61,261 bases of DNA, taken from positions 29,428-90,688 of the forward strand of contig JAALOD010000002.1 in NCBI GenBank assembly GCA_013372845.1, in the 5' to 3' direction. This document shows, one piece after another, positions 38,118-47,921 of the stretch; within the stretch, counting starts at the first letter, position 1, and each line of letters starts with the position of its first letter. The notes beneath the pieces are model-generated. The model saw nothing but the letters and a program-made list of their open reading frames with translations. It was not told the origin of the DNA and ran no database searches. The stretch is from Candidatus Udaeobacter sp. (lineage in GTDB: Bacteria > Verrucomicrobiota > Verrucomicrobiia > Chthoniobacterales > UBA10450). A program made the translations under genes and the position numbers.

Positions 38118-39162
38118 TCAGCCGCTCCCCACATCGGCGGCTTGCAACGCGCTGATCAACTCGCCGAGATCGCCGTCGATCACGCGGTCAAGATTATGAA
38201 GCGTCAGGCCGATGCGATGATCGGTTACGCGGTTCTGAGGGAAATTGTAGGTGCGAATTTTCTCTTCACGTCCCCGGTCGATCTGCGCGCGCTGTGCACT
38301 GTATTTTTCCTCTTCCTCGCGCTGCTTTGCTCCAACAACCGCGCGCGCAAGATCGAAAGCGCTCGCTCCTTGTTTTTGATCTGACTGCGACCCTCCTGAC
38401 AACGCACGATTGTGCCTGTCGGAATGTGCAATATCTGCACGGCCGAATCGGTTGTGTTCACGCCTTGCCCGCCCGGGCCACCAGAGCGCGAGACTTCAAT
38501 TCGCAAATCCTCAGGCTTCAATTCGAGATCGACGTCTTCCGCTTCGGGCAAGACTGCGACTGTCGCGGTCGATGTATGGATGCGACCTTGTGCCTCGGTG
38601 GCAGGCACGCGCTGCACACGATGAACTCCGCTTTCGTAACGGAGCTTGCGGAAAACGGACTCGCCTGAAACGCGGAAGATCGCTTCCTTGAATCCGCCCA
38701 GCTCAGACGGACTCGATTCGAGGTCCTCGGTTTTTAACCCGGCAGATTCTGCATAGCGATGATACATCCTACAGGTCGGCGGCGAAAATGGCCGCTTCGC
38801 TCCGCCCGTTCCGGCTCGATTTCCACGATCGCGTCACGGTCTTCATTTTCGTCCAGCGGCAGCAACGCGATCTGAACTTCGCGTTGGAGATCGGCCACCC
38901 GCCTTTCGAGGTCCGGAATCTCGTCGTCGGCGATCGCCGCAATCTCAACATCGCCTGACATGGCCAGCTCCCGATTGTCGTCCAATTGCTTCCGCGCAGC
39001 TTCGAGCTCGTCCCATTTCGCCAGCAGTTGTTTGATGCTTGCATGCTCGCGCATGATCGCCTTGGCGCGCTGGCGATAGGAAAAAAGGGACGGGTCGGCA
39101 ATGTCGCGCTCGAGTTGATCGAAGCGCTCGCGTTTGAGTTGAATTAGGGAGTTAAATTCCAT
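38118..39162 (-). pseudogene. prfA: Peptide chain release factor 1, split into three frames (possibly consensus errors)
   Basis: 39162-38734 gives [34 protein letters not shown]. 38767-38225 gives [42 protein letters not shown] (RF1-specific PxT = PAT)..[26 protein letters not shown] (GGQ). 38402-38118 gives ..[31 protein letters not shown]. Confidence 0.88.
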
Positions 39163-39228
39163 TGCGTTGTAGCCGCGGTCGCTGACCGCGGACGGGCCGG
39201 GGTCTACGACCCCAGCTACAGAAATCGG

Positions 39229-39456
39229 CTAAGCTTTCTTTTCAGCCCGCGCGGCTTTGGTGCTGCCGTAGCGGCGGGCAAATTTCTCGACGCGCCCGGC
39301 CGTATCCACGAACTTCTGTTCGCCGGTGAAAAAGGGATGACAAGCGGCGCAAATACCGATCTTAATATCGCGGCGCGTGGAGCGGGTATGATACACCGCA
39401 CCGCATGCGCACACCATATCGGTCACGTAATACTCTGGATGAATACCGGCCTTCAT
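39229..39456 (-). CDS. rpmE: 50S ribosomal protein L31
   Basis: [64 protein letters not shown]. Confidence 0.93.
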   Translation of the reverse strand: MKAGIHPEYYVTDMVCACGAVYHTRSTRRDIKIGICAACHPFFTGEQKFVDTAGRVEKFARRYGSTKAARAEKKA

Positions 39457-39506
39457 TTTTGGAAAGGAGCGCGAAATCTACTCGTGCAACTAGCTTAGCG
39501 CAAGCG

Positions 39507-40937
39507 ATGAAATCCTCAGATCCATTGTTAGAAGTGTGGGAGAGAACACTCGCGCGAAAGCGCGATGCGCCAGCTATCTTTGCACCGAGCGGCGAAGTCC
39601 TCCGGACATTCGGCGAGATCGAACAGCGCACGCGTGATTTGTTGCAAAACATCGGCGTCTTTCCCGAAGGAAGCGTTCTCGCCGTCCAAGTCGGCAACCA
39701 TGAAGATTGGCCGTCGATTTTGATTGGTTGCCTGCGCAAACATTTGGTTGTTCTTCCACTCGAACAATCAATCAGCGAACAACAACGCGCCGAGGCCTTG
39801 AAGATTTGCCGCGTGAACGTTGTAGTATCCGCTGGCCCCGGCGGAGGCTCACCGGAAATCATTCGGCTGAGGACAACCGGCACTACACCGGATTGGGACG
39901 AACGACGTCCGGCCCTGTTAAAATTAACCTCCGGCACAACAGCCACACCACGGGCGATTCGCTTTCGCAGCGAGCAACTTTTGGCCGATTGCAATCAGAT
40001 TTGCGACACCATGGAAATCGCCGACGATGATCTGAATTTCGGAGTTATCCCGATCTCGCACTCTTACGGTTTTAGTAACCTCCTCACGCCGCTGATCGCG
40101 CGCGGTGTGCCGATGGTCATCAGTCGTGACAGAACACCACGCGCCATTCTTGCCGATCTTGTCCGCAGCAACGCAACCGTTTTCCCAGGAATGCCTGTTT
40201 TCTATCAGGCATTTTGTGAAATGGAACACGTTCCCGCGTTGTCAAAGCTCCGGCTCTGCATTTCTGCCGGAGCGCCTCTCCCGGTGGCAATCGCGAAGAA
40301 GTTCCAAGAAAAGTTTAATCTGGCAATCCACTCATTTTACGGTGCATCGGAATGTGGCGGGATTTGCTACGATCGCGAAGCAACTAACCCGAGCGAAGGG
40401 TTCGTTGGCGAGTTAATGAAAGGTGTAAATCTTGAGATGATCGATCCAAATGGGTCAGCGACCCAGGTTCGCGTGCGCAGCGCCGCTGTGGGCGATGGCT
40501 ATTTCCCGGAACCGGACAACGAAAAGTTAAGCGATGGAATTTTTGTCCCCGACGATCTACTGGCGCGAGAGGGTTCCGGGTTCAAAATCGTCGGTAGGAT
40601 TTCGGACGTAATCAACGTCGCGGGTAAGAAGGTGAACCCCGCAGAAGTGGAAGCGCATTTGCTGCGCTTCAGCGGGGTGCGGCAAGCAGTCGTGTTTGGT
40701 CGTCCCGCAGGCCCGGGAGCATTGCGCAATGAAGAAGTGTCGGCCTGCGTGGTGACAGCGCCGAATGTAAGCGAAACTGACCTCCTGCAGTTTTGCCGTG
40801 GCGGCCTAAGCACTTGGCAGGTCCCGAAGCAGATTTTCATCGTGGACGCAATCCCGGCGAACGAGCGGGGAAAAATCAGCCGGCGCGAGCTCTCGCGACG
40901 GTTCTCAACAGACCGCCGGAGGTCCTCATTGCAATGA
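39507..40937 (+). CDS. AMP-dependent synthetase/ligase (acyl-CoA synthetase-like adenylate-forming enzyme)
   Basis: LKLTSGTTATPRAI (AMP-binding P-loop-like motif), SFYGASECGGI, GRISDVINVAGKKVNPAEVE, ERGKISRREL. Start set at ATG 39507 to avoid overlap with rpmE. Confidence 0.8.
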   Translation: MKSSDPLLEVWERTLARKRDAPAIFAPSGEVLRTFGEIEQRTRDLLQNIGVFPEGSVLAVQVGNHEDWPSILIGCLRKHLVVLPLEQSISEQQRAEALKICRVNVVVSAGPGGGSPEIIRLRTTGTTPDWDERRPALLKLTSGTTATPRAIRFRSEQLLADCNQICDTMEIADDDLNFGVIPISHSYGFSNLLTPLIARGVPMVISRDRTPRAILADLVRSNATVFPGMPVFYQAFCEMEHVPALSKLRLCISAGAPLPVAIAKKFQEKFNLAIHSFYGASECGGICYDREATNPSEGFVGELMKGVNLEMIDPNGSATQVRVRSAAVGDGYFPEPDNEKLSDGIFVPDDLLAREGSGFKIVGRISDVINVAGKKVNPAEVEAHLLRFSGVRQAVVFGRPAGPGALRNEEVSACVVTAPNVSETDLLQFCRGGLSTWQVPKQIFIVDAIPANERGKISRRELSRRFSTDRRRSSLQ

Positions 40938-40979
40938 TTGGGTTCTTGATAAAGCCGTTATATGGGATTTGCTTAGGTT

Positions 40980-42032
40980 ATGCGGAAATCATCCGGTGAA
41001 CCCAAGTCAATAGAAGCTGAAATCGAATCTTCGAATAGCCAAGAGCAAGACCAGGACCAGGAACAGGAACAAACGGAAGGTTCAGACGTTCCGCAGGCGG
41101 ACGAACCGCTCCAGGACGCCGCTGCGAATGCGGAAGCTGCCCAGTCCGACGATTGGTGGAGCGCTTCGCAACAGGCTGGCGATTGGGCCGACCCTGCCAG
41201 CAGCGATCCGGCTGACGACGTCACTCCTTCAAAGGAGCCGCGCACAGCCGACGTCTATTTCTGCGGTCACACGACCTTCTTTCCATTAAACCGCGCCCTG
41301 CAAGTGATCTCAAAGGAGAAGCTAACCGGCTTGCTGCGATCATTTTGGGAGCAAGAGCCAATCGACCTTTTGGCGCGCGATGGCGAGATCATCTTTGTCT
41401 CTACCCGGGATACAGAGCTTTATTGCCCTGAGACGCCAGCGCCTCTTGCCGACCTCGATGTGGTAGGTGTTGCGAGGGCGCGCGATCAACAGAGAGAAAC
41501 TGGAACCCCATTCGTTCTCACTCTTACCCGCGAGGAATCGATAGGCCGTGAGTTAGCGTTGGAACTCATACAGCAATATGGGCAAAAGCTTTTCTCGCAA
41601 CTTTGGGCGGCGCCGCGGGTGTGGATCATGTTTGAAAAGAATGCCGAACTTTTGGCGAATGCTGCCGATGTGCCTGGGGAGCCGAATGTCCGCGACTGGG
41701 CGTTGGAAACCTTGCGCCTTGTTGAGAATATCGATGAGACGGCCCACTTCGAACCGGCGTCGATTCCAGCTTATACAAAAGACGGCTTCGAGCGTGTCCA
41801 AAAGCTGAAGCTGACTCCAGATGAGGCCCAGTTCGCGTCGCAATTCAATGGCAGCCGCTCGGTACAGCAAATTGCGAAGAACCTGCGACTCGATTTGAAA
41901 TCTGCGCGGCAGATGCTCTTCCGGTTTGTCGCCCTTGAAATAGTGGAATGCTGGCCAGCCAGCACGGCGGCAAAACCAGAACAGCAGGGCATCTTCCAGC
42001 GTTTTGGGCGAAAGGCGCGACGCGACCGCTAG
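40980..42032 (+). CDS. Hypothetical protein with acidic low-complexity N-terminus (possibly DUF4388-like core)
   Basis: 350-aa ORF. The N-terminus is ESSNSQEQDQDQEQEQTEGSD..; the core is LTGLLRSFWEQEPIDLLARDGEIIFVSTRD. The family assignment is tentative. Confidence 0.5.
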   Translation: MRKSSGEPKSIEAEIESSNSQEQDQDQEQEQTEGSDVPQADEPLQDAAANAEAAQSDDWWSASQQAGDWADPASSDPADDVTPSKEPRTADVYFCGHTTFFPLNRALQVISKEKLTGLLRSFWEQEPIDLLARDGEIIFVSTRDTELYCPETPAPLADLDVVGVARARDQQRETGTPFVLTLTREESIGRELALELIQQYGQKLFSQLWAAPRVWIMFEKNAELLANAADVPGEPNVRDWALETLRLVENIDETAHFEPASIPAYTKDGFERVQKLKLTPDEAQFASQFNGSRSVQQIAKNLRLDLKSARQMLFRFVALEIVECWPASTAAKPEQQGIFQRFGRKARRDR

Positions 42033-42061
42033 TACCTCCGAACGCGTCGGGGCCGTCGCTC

Positions 42062-42751
42062 ATGAAGAGAAAAGTTTTGGTCGTCGACGTCGGCGGCACA
42101 TACGTGAAACTGCTAAGGTCCTCTCGCGATGAGCGTGAATTTCCTTCCGGCACGCGACTGAAACCCCAACAACTAATCGCAAAACTCAAGGAAACCGCGC
42201 GCGGATGGAAATTTGACCGGGCTGCCATCGGTTTCCCCGCGCCGGTGCGCAAGGGACGAATCGCAAAAGACCCCAAGCACTTGGGCAACGGATGGATTGG
42301 TTTCAATTTTGCGAGAGCGCTGGGCATTCCGGTGCGTGTTGTCAACGATGCTGCCCTGCAGGCGCTCGGGAGTTACCGCGGCGGGCGGATGCTCTTTCTG
42401 GGGCTCGGCACTGGACTGGGATCCACATTGGCCTGGGACAATATTTTGATGCCGCTTGAACTGGGCGATCTGCCATATCGACACGGACACATCATCGAAA
42501 ATTACCTCGGCATTCCAGGCCTGGCGCTGTTGGGCGAAAAAAAATGGAAGCGAGAAGTGGCTTACGCGGTCACCCAGTTAAGAAAATCCTTCGTTACCGA
42601 TTATGTCGTTCTTGGCGGCGGTCTCGTGCACCGTTTGAGTCGCTTGCCGGAAGGAACAGAACGCGGCCAAAACGAGAATGCATTTCTAGGTGGAATCCGT
42701 TTATGGGAAACCAAGAAGCATTCACGGGAACTGAGGTGGCTTGTGCTGTGA
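42062..42751 (+). CDS. ROK-family sugar kinase (polyphosphate/ATP glucokinase-like)
   Basis: MKRKVLVVDVGGTYVKL..; VVNDAALQALG; LGLGTGLGS. Start at ATG 42062. Confidence 0.7.
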   Translation: MKRKVLVVDVGGTYVKLLRSSRDEREFPSGTRLKPQQLIAKLKETARGWKFDRAAIGFPAPVRKGRIAKDPKHLGNGWIGFNFARALGIPVRVVNDAALQALGSYRGGRMLFLGLGTGLGSTLAWDNILMPLELGDLPYRHGHIIENYLGIPGLALLGEKKWKREVAYAVTQLRKSFVTDYVVLGGGLVHRLSRLPEGTERGQNENAFLGGIRLWETKKHSRELRWLVL

Positions 42752-42866
42752 CGATATTTCAACGCCGAACGCGCAACGTCCAACATCAAACGTCTAATGT
42801 AGCGCCGCCTGAATTGAAAATTGGGCGTTGAGAGTTGGGCGTTAGCCGTTGATTGCCTTGTTCAAA

Positions 42867-42948
42867 TGCCAGGGAGGGGACTCGAACCCCTAAGGATTTC
42901 TCCACCAGATCCTAAGTCTGGCGCGTCTGCCAATTTCGCCACCCTGGC
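42867..42948 (-). tRNA. tRNA-Leu (anticodon UAG)
   Basis: The reverse strand reads GCCAGGGTGGCGAAATTGGCAGACGCGCCAGACTTAGGATCTGGTGGAGAAATCCTTAGGGGTTCGAGTCCCCTCCCTGGCA. It has a 7-bp acceptor stem, anticodon stem CCAGA/TCTGG with loop CTTAGGA, a long variable arm (class II) and a GGTTCGAGTCC T-loop. CCA is not encoded. Confidence 0.9.
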
Positions 42949-43468
42949 ATCGTTGATTGTGAACGACTTATGCTTAGATATGTATAACTAGATATTGCCT
43001 GTGCTAGCAAGCTTGTTGTTTGCACCGATGAAAACGGCACTTCCTCCGGGAGAACTTGCACTGAAGATCTGGCCGATAAAGCAACTGCTATCAGTGTTCG
43101 AACCTTGGAGCGGGAAGCGGCGCGCGATTGCCTGGATGAGTTATTCTTAGCTCGTAACAATTTGACCGGTTCGTAAAGAGTCGGTGCGTGAATTTTTCGG
43201 CAACGATCTAGCACAAATCCTAGCACAATGGCCGGTCTGCCCGGCAGATCTCGCCGATGAGAGGCTTTGGCCGCGTCAGACTTACACTCGCCAGATCCGG
43301 CGCGGACGAGCGCATAAGGATCGCGCCTTTGTGCTATTCACTAACATGGCGGTCGCCAAGAGTCGAGTGACCTCTTCGCACTGATTCGAATCTCGACTTT
43401 TTATTCATTACGAGGGTTCTTCGAGCATCTCGACATTGAACGACTGGAAGCGCGCATCGCCCAACAGT

Positions 43469-44122
43469 TCATTTCGTCTGCAACAATGGCTGCAACCTCT
43501 TCCACACCGTCTCGGCGATGATCTTCTGCCCGGCGGCAGTCGGATGGATTTGATCCGGCTGGTTGAGACCTCGATTGCCGCCAACACCCTCGAGCAGAAA
43601 CGGGACGAGCACTGCTCCATTCTTCGTCGCCAGATCGGAGAAGACCTGCTCGAACTCGCCAGTGTAATCCGCGCCGAGATTCGGCGGGATCCGCATTCCT
43701 GCGATCATGATTCTAGTGAGCGGGCTTCGCGCTCTTACTTTGTCGATGATGGACTGCAGGTTTGCCTCAGTCACGCCAGGGGGCAGCCCGCGTAATCCGT
43801 CGTTACCGCCGAGCTCGATCACTAGCACGTGGATTGGCCGCTGCAGGAGCCAATCGATCCGCCGCAAGGCACCGGCGGTGGTATCGCCGCTAAGCCCGGC
43901 GTTTTCTACTTCGTAGGGCAGGCCCGCTTCTTCTATTTTCTTTTGGATCAGAGCCGGATAGGCATCTCCTTTGGCCAAACCGTAACCGGCGGTGATGCTA
44001 TCGCCGAGAAATACGATCGTCTTTTTCGGCGCGACCGCCGCAGTTTCCGCCAAGCTCCCCGTAGCGAGAGAAAAGCCAATGAAGAAGGCGAATAGACTGA
44101 CTTGAGGTATTGTTTTGCCCAC
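43469..44122 (-). CDS. SGNH/GDSL arylesterase - acyl-CoA thioesterase I-like lipase (TesA-like)
   Basis: IVFLGDSITAGYG (block I), ENAGLSGDTT (block II), ELGGNDGLRG (block III), DQIHP (block V). Signal peptide from GTG 44122. Divergent from the ABC pair, as in the E. coli tesA-ybbA-ybbP arrangement. Confidence 0.85.
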   Translation of the reverse strand: MGKTIPQVSLFAFFIGFSLATGSLAETAAVAPKKTIVFLGDSITAGYGLAKGDAYPALIQKKIEEAGLPYEVENAGLSGDTTAGALRRIDWLLQRPIHVLVIELGGNDGLRGLPPGVTEANLQSIIDKVRARSPLTRIMIAGMRIPPNLGADYTGEFEQVFSDLATKNGAVLVPFLLEGVGGNRGLNQPDQIHPTAAGQKIIAETVWKRLQPLLQTK

Positions 44123-44159
44123 GCGTTGCGAAACGAAAGCGAGTTGCACGTTAACGTCA

Positions 44160-44843
44160 ATGAATGCCTCTGCCATCCTGGATGTTCAGCGCTTGACGAA
44201 GTCATACCGCACGAACTCCGGTGAATTAACGGTACTAAAAGAGATTTCGTTCGTTTTGGGACCGGGCGCGACGTGCTCCATCCTCGGACCCTCGGGAAGC
44301 GGGAAAACCACGCTATTGGGATTGTGCGCCGGGCTCGACCTTCCTACTTCAGGCCACGTCTGTCTGAATGGAATTGCCCTGGACGAAATCGGAGAAGACG
44401 AGAGGGCGCGAGTGCGAAACCAGCTGGTAGGCTTCGTCTTTCAAAGTTTCCAGCTGATCCCGACCCTGACTGCGCTAGAAAACGTCACCGTGCCGATGGA
44501 ATTGCGCGGCGACCGGACAGCCCGACAGCAAGGGCTGCAACTCCTGGAACGCGTCGGGCTCGCGGAGCGCGTTTCGCATCTTCCGACCCAATTGTCCGGC
44601 GGCGAACAACAACGCGTCGCGCTGGCGCGGGCGTTCATTAACAAGCCGCTTGTCCTATTCGCCGACGAGCCCACGGGAAATCTGGACGCGGAGACAAGCC
44701 GGTCGGTGATTGACATCATGCTCGAACTGAATTCCGACTCCGGAACGACGCTCGTGCTGGTGACGCACGACCCAGAGGTCGCGTGTCTCACAGAGAAAAC
44801 GATCCGGTTGCGGAACGGTGAAATGGTTCAGGATGGCGCCTAG
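44160..44843 (+). CDS. ABC transporter ATP-binding protein (YbbA/LolD-MacB family)
   Basis: GPSGSGKTTLL (Walker A), LSGGEQQRVALARA (signature), LVLFADEPTGNLD (Walker B). Confidence 0.88.
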   Translation: MNASAILDVQRLTKSYRTNSGELTVLKEISFVLGPGATCSILGPSGSGKTTLLGLCAGLDLPTSGHVCLNGIALDEIGEDERARVRNQLVGFVFQSFQLIPTLTALENVTVPMELRGDRTARQQGLQLLERVGLAERVSHLPTQLSGGEQQRVALARAFINKPLVLFADEPTGNLDAETSRSVIDIMLELNSDSGTTLVLVTHDPEVACLTEKTIRLRNGEMVQDGA

Positions 44844-47370
44844 TTTCATACTCAAAATGGCGTGGCGCGACAGTCGTACCAGTCGAATGCGCCTTCTGCT
44901 CTTCTCACTTTCTATCACGGTGGGGGTCGCGGCGCTGGTAGCCATCGGTTCGTTTCGCCAAAGCCTTTCGCAATCGATCGATGACCAGGCGCGGACGTTG
45001 GTAGGAGCAGACCTGATCATCGAATCCACGCGTCCGTTCACCACTACAGAAGAAGGGTTTCTCGGTTCGATCGGCGGAGCACAGGCGCGCGAGGTGCGTT
45101 TGTCGACCATGGCTGTGTTTCTCGGCCGCGGTACGCGCCTGGTGCATCTTCGCGCCCTCAGCGGCGACTTCCCATTCTACGGAAAGATGGAAACTGAACC
45201 AGCAGGGGCAGTGCAAGATTTGAGGCAAGGCGGTCGCGCTGTCCCAGACGAAACGTTGCTCTTCCAGTTTGGCGCGGCACCCGGCGGTAACGTTTCGCTA
45301 GGCGGCCGCGATTTCGAGATCGCCGGTGCTCTGAGAAAAGTGCCGGGCGACGCATCAGCCTCTGCGAGTTTCGCGCCGCGTGTTTACATTGCGCTGCAGG
45401 ATCTTCCGCTTGATCTGCTCCGTCCCGGAAGCGTGGCTCATTACCGCGCCTATGTGAAGTTTCGCGAAGGAACGGATGTGGCGCAGAAAATTGCCGCGCT
45501 CACGCCACAAATCCGACGCTTGGGTCTTGAGTTCGAAACGGTCGACAAACGAAAAAAGGATCTCGGAGCATCGGTCGAGAATCTTTACCGATTTCTGAAT
45601 CTGGTCGGATTCATTTCATTGTTGCTGGGCGCCGTGGGGATAGCGAGCGCAATCCAAGTGCACCTGCAGCAAAAAGTGCGAACTGGCGCGATTCTGCGGT
45701 GTCTGGGTACTTCGACGAGCGGAATAGCATTTATTTACTTTATTCAGGCATCGGCGATCAGCCTGGCCGGAGCATTGTTCGGCGGTTTGGTAGGGATTGG
45801 ACTGCAGCGAATTTTCCCGAGTATTCTGCGGACATTTTTACCATTAACGATTCGAAACGTGATTGCGTGGTGGCCGATTCTGACTGGCGTTTTGATCGGC
45901 TGCGGAATTTGCCTCCTATTCGCCGTGCCACCGCTCCTGCGGTTTCGCAGAGTATCGCCTTTGCTTATGCTTCGCTCAGCGGACGCCAGAGTTGAAACGC
46001 AGTCGTTCGCTCGTGATCCGCTATTGTTTGCAGCCTACGCGTTGATTGCGGCGAGCATCACAGCGTTCGCGATCTACCGGAGTGAAACGTGGCTTCAAGG
46101 TTTGGTCTTCGCCGTCGCACTTGGCGTCGCCGTTGCGATCTTTGCGGGAGTCGCGCGGCTGCTGATTGTGTCGCTACGCCGCTGGTTTCCGCTGAGCTGG
46201 AGCTTCGCCCTCCGGCAGGGACTGGCAAATCTGTACCGCCCGAACAACCGAACTCTTCTTCTCATTGTTTCCCTCGGTCTCGGAACTTTTTTACTGCTCA
46301 CAATCCATCTCACGCGCGGCGTTGTGATGACGCAATTCCGGTCAATCGGTCGGAATAATCAGCCGAATATCTTCTTGTTTGATATCCAGTCGGACCAGAA
46401 AGATGCCGTCGCTGCGCTGGTAGGTTCTCTAGGTTTTCCGGTGGTGCAGAAGGCGCCGATCGTGACGATGCGGCTGAGCGAGATCAAGGGAAGGAAGAGC
46501 AGTGACATTCTGGCCGACCCGCAACGGAAGATTCCCGAATGGGAGTTAGAGCGAGAATATCGATCGACTTATCGCGAGCAGATAGTCGAGACAGAAAAGG
46601 TCACGGCCGGGAAATGGATCGGCCGGGTCGATTATCATTCCGGCGATGTAGTTCCAATCTCGTTAGATCGCGAGATTGCGAAGGACCTCAGAGTCAATGT
46701 TGGAGACGAATTGGTCTTCGACGTCCAAGGCATTCCCATTCGGACGCGCATCGCGAGCTTGCGAAGCGTCGATTGGAAGCGTTTTCAAACGAACTTCTTC
46801 GTCGTTTTCCCGGCCGGCGTGCTTGAAGCCGCACCGACATTTCACGTATTAGTCAGCCGGGCGAAGACACCGGCGGATTCGGCCCGCCTTCAGAATGCAA
46901 TTGTCTCGAAGTTTCCGAATGTCTCTGCCTTGGATCTTGCTGCGGTTATTCAAACGGTCGATTCGATCTTGAGCAAGGTGGCGTTGGTTATTCGGGTGAT
47001 GTCGCTGTTCACTGTCGCCGCGGGCCTGATCGTGGTGGCGAGTGCAATCTGGAGTGGTCGCTACCAGAGAGTCGAGGAGAGCGTTCTTCTCCGTACCTTG
47101 GGGGCTTCACGTCGTCAGATCTGGCAAATCCTTGGTGCGGAATATTTCCTCCTTGGGTTTCTGGCGAGTCTCACCGGCACCGGTCTGGCCGTCGCCGCGA
47201 GCTGGGCACTTGCGACATTTGTTTTCAAGCTAAGCTATGCTCCGACTCTTCTTCCGTTGCTGATCGCTACCGCATCGGCAACTACTTTAACGGTATTGAT
47301 CGGGTTGCTAACCAGTCGCGGGGTTTCCAGCCAGCCTCCCCTTGAGGTGCTCCGGGCGGAAGTGGGATAG
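44833..47370 (+). CDS. ABC transporter permease, FtsX-like, duplicated (YbbP-type)
   Basis: ~845-aa polytopic protein with two FtsX-type 4-TM modules separated by large periplasmic domains. The start is either GTG 44818 or ATG 44833. Confidence 0.82.
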   Translation: MAPSFILKMAWRDSRTSRMRLLLFSLSITVGVAALVAIGSFRQSLSQSIDDQARTLVGADLIIESTRPFTTTEEGFLGSIGGAQAREVRLSTMAVFLGRGTRLVHLRALSGDFPFYGKMETEPAGAVQDLRQGGRAVPDETLLFQFGAAPGGNVSLGGRDFEIAGALRKVPGDASASASFAPRVYIALQDLPLDLLRPGSVAHYRAYVKFREGTDVAQKIAALTPQIRRLGLEFETVDKRKKDLGASVENLYRFLNLVGFISLLLGAVGIASAIQVHLQQKVRTGAILRCLGTSTSGIAFIYFIQASAISLAGALFGGLVGIGLQRIFPSILRTFLPLTIRNVIAWWPILTGVLIGCGICLLFAVPPLLRFRRVSPLLMLRSADARVETQSFARDPLLFAAYALIAASITAFAIYRSETWLQGLVFAVALGVAVAIFAGVARLLIVSLRRWFPLSWSFALRQGLANLYRPNNRTLLLIVSLGLGTFLLLTIHLTRGVVMTQFRSIGRNNQPNIFLFDIQSDQKDAVAALVGSLGFPVVQKAPIVTMRLSEIKGRKSSDILADPQRKIPEWELEREYRSTYREQIVETEKVTAGKWIGRVDYHSGDVVPISLDREIAKDLRVNVGDELVFDVQGIPIRTRIASLRSVDWKRFQTNFFVVFPAGVLEAAPTFHVLVSRAKTPADSARLQNAIVSKFPNVSALDLAAVIQTVDSILSKVALVIRVMSLFTVAAGLIVVASAIWSGRYQRVEESVLLRTLGASRRQIWQILGAEYFLLGFLASLTGTGLAVAASWALATFVFKLSYAPTLLPLLIATASATTLTVLIGLLTSRGVSSQPPLEVLRAEVG

Positions 47371-47613
47371 TCTCCTGTTCTTGCGTGCATCGGACATGCC
47401 GGATCGCGGATTTTGGTAATGGGTCGGTTTGGATTACACTTGCCATCCTCGCGGCATTATCCGAGACGCAGACGGCGGTGGCTCGTAGTCAGGATTTGTC
47501 GCGAAGTATTTACATTCGCGAATGGACGCTGCCATCAGTTTCAACGAAGTCGTAGCATGTGACGGTATCGCCACGCCGTGGTGGCACCTGGCGGTGGAAA
47601 TGGTTGTGAGATC

Positions 47614-47830
47614 TACTTCAACCCCAAACGGCCAAGGTGGATCTGGGTTACCAATAGCAGCGATCGCCCAAATCGTGAGCGGAATGCGCGCGTTGGTGTG
47701 GACCGAGTTGGCAACCGACCATTCTAAACACGCCAGACTTACACTCCGGCCCATCCGAAATGACCGTTTAGATCGAGTCAGGTTTGCGCCGACGGTGCTT
47801 GAGTCTCGCACAAGTGACTTTGAATCAAGC
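47614..47830 (+). promoter_or_regulatory. Possible Mg2+-responsive leader (M-box-like sequence blocks) upstream of mgtA - tentative
   Basis: AAGGUGGAUCUGGGUUACCAAUAGCAGCGAUCGCCCAAAUCGUG resembles the M-box core (AGGUGAGGCUCC...AUACGCUGCUGCCCAAAAAUGUC). GACGGUGCUUGAGUCUCGCAC resembles the 3' ACAGUGCUAAAGCUCUACG block. CUUCAA/UUGAA could close P1. Judged by eye only. Confidence 0.25.
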
Positions 47831-47921
47831 GCCGCTTTTGTGACGGCGGAGTTGCAACCGCTTTCTCCTACTTAAGCGGATCTATTTTTCGAAAGCTTGG
47901 CTAGGCGACCTTCTTTTCGAC

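Noticed and set aside
38118-39162. Programmed ribosomal frameshift in the release-factor gene
   Set aside because: The protein is RF1 (PAT motif), not RF2. There are two shift sites and neither has the Shine-Dalgarno plus CUU-UGA context of prfB recoding.
47434-47875. ORFs 47434-47811 (-) and 47522-47875 (+) as real genes
   Set aside because: They are antisense to each other, have no recognisable family and no obvious start context. They occupy what is more plausibly the mgtA leader.
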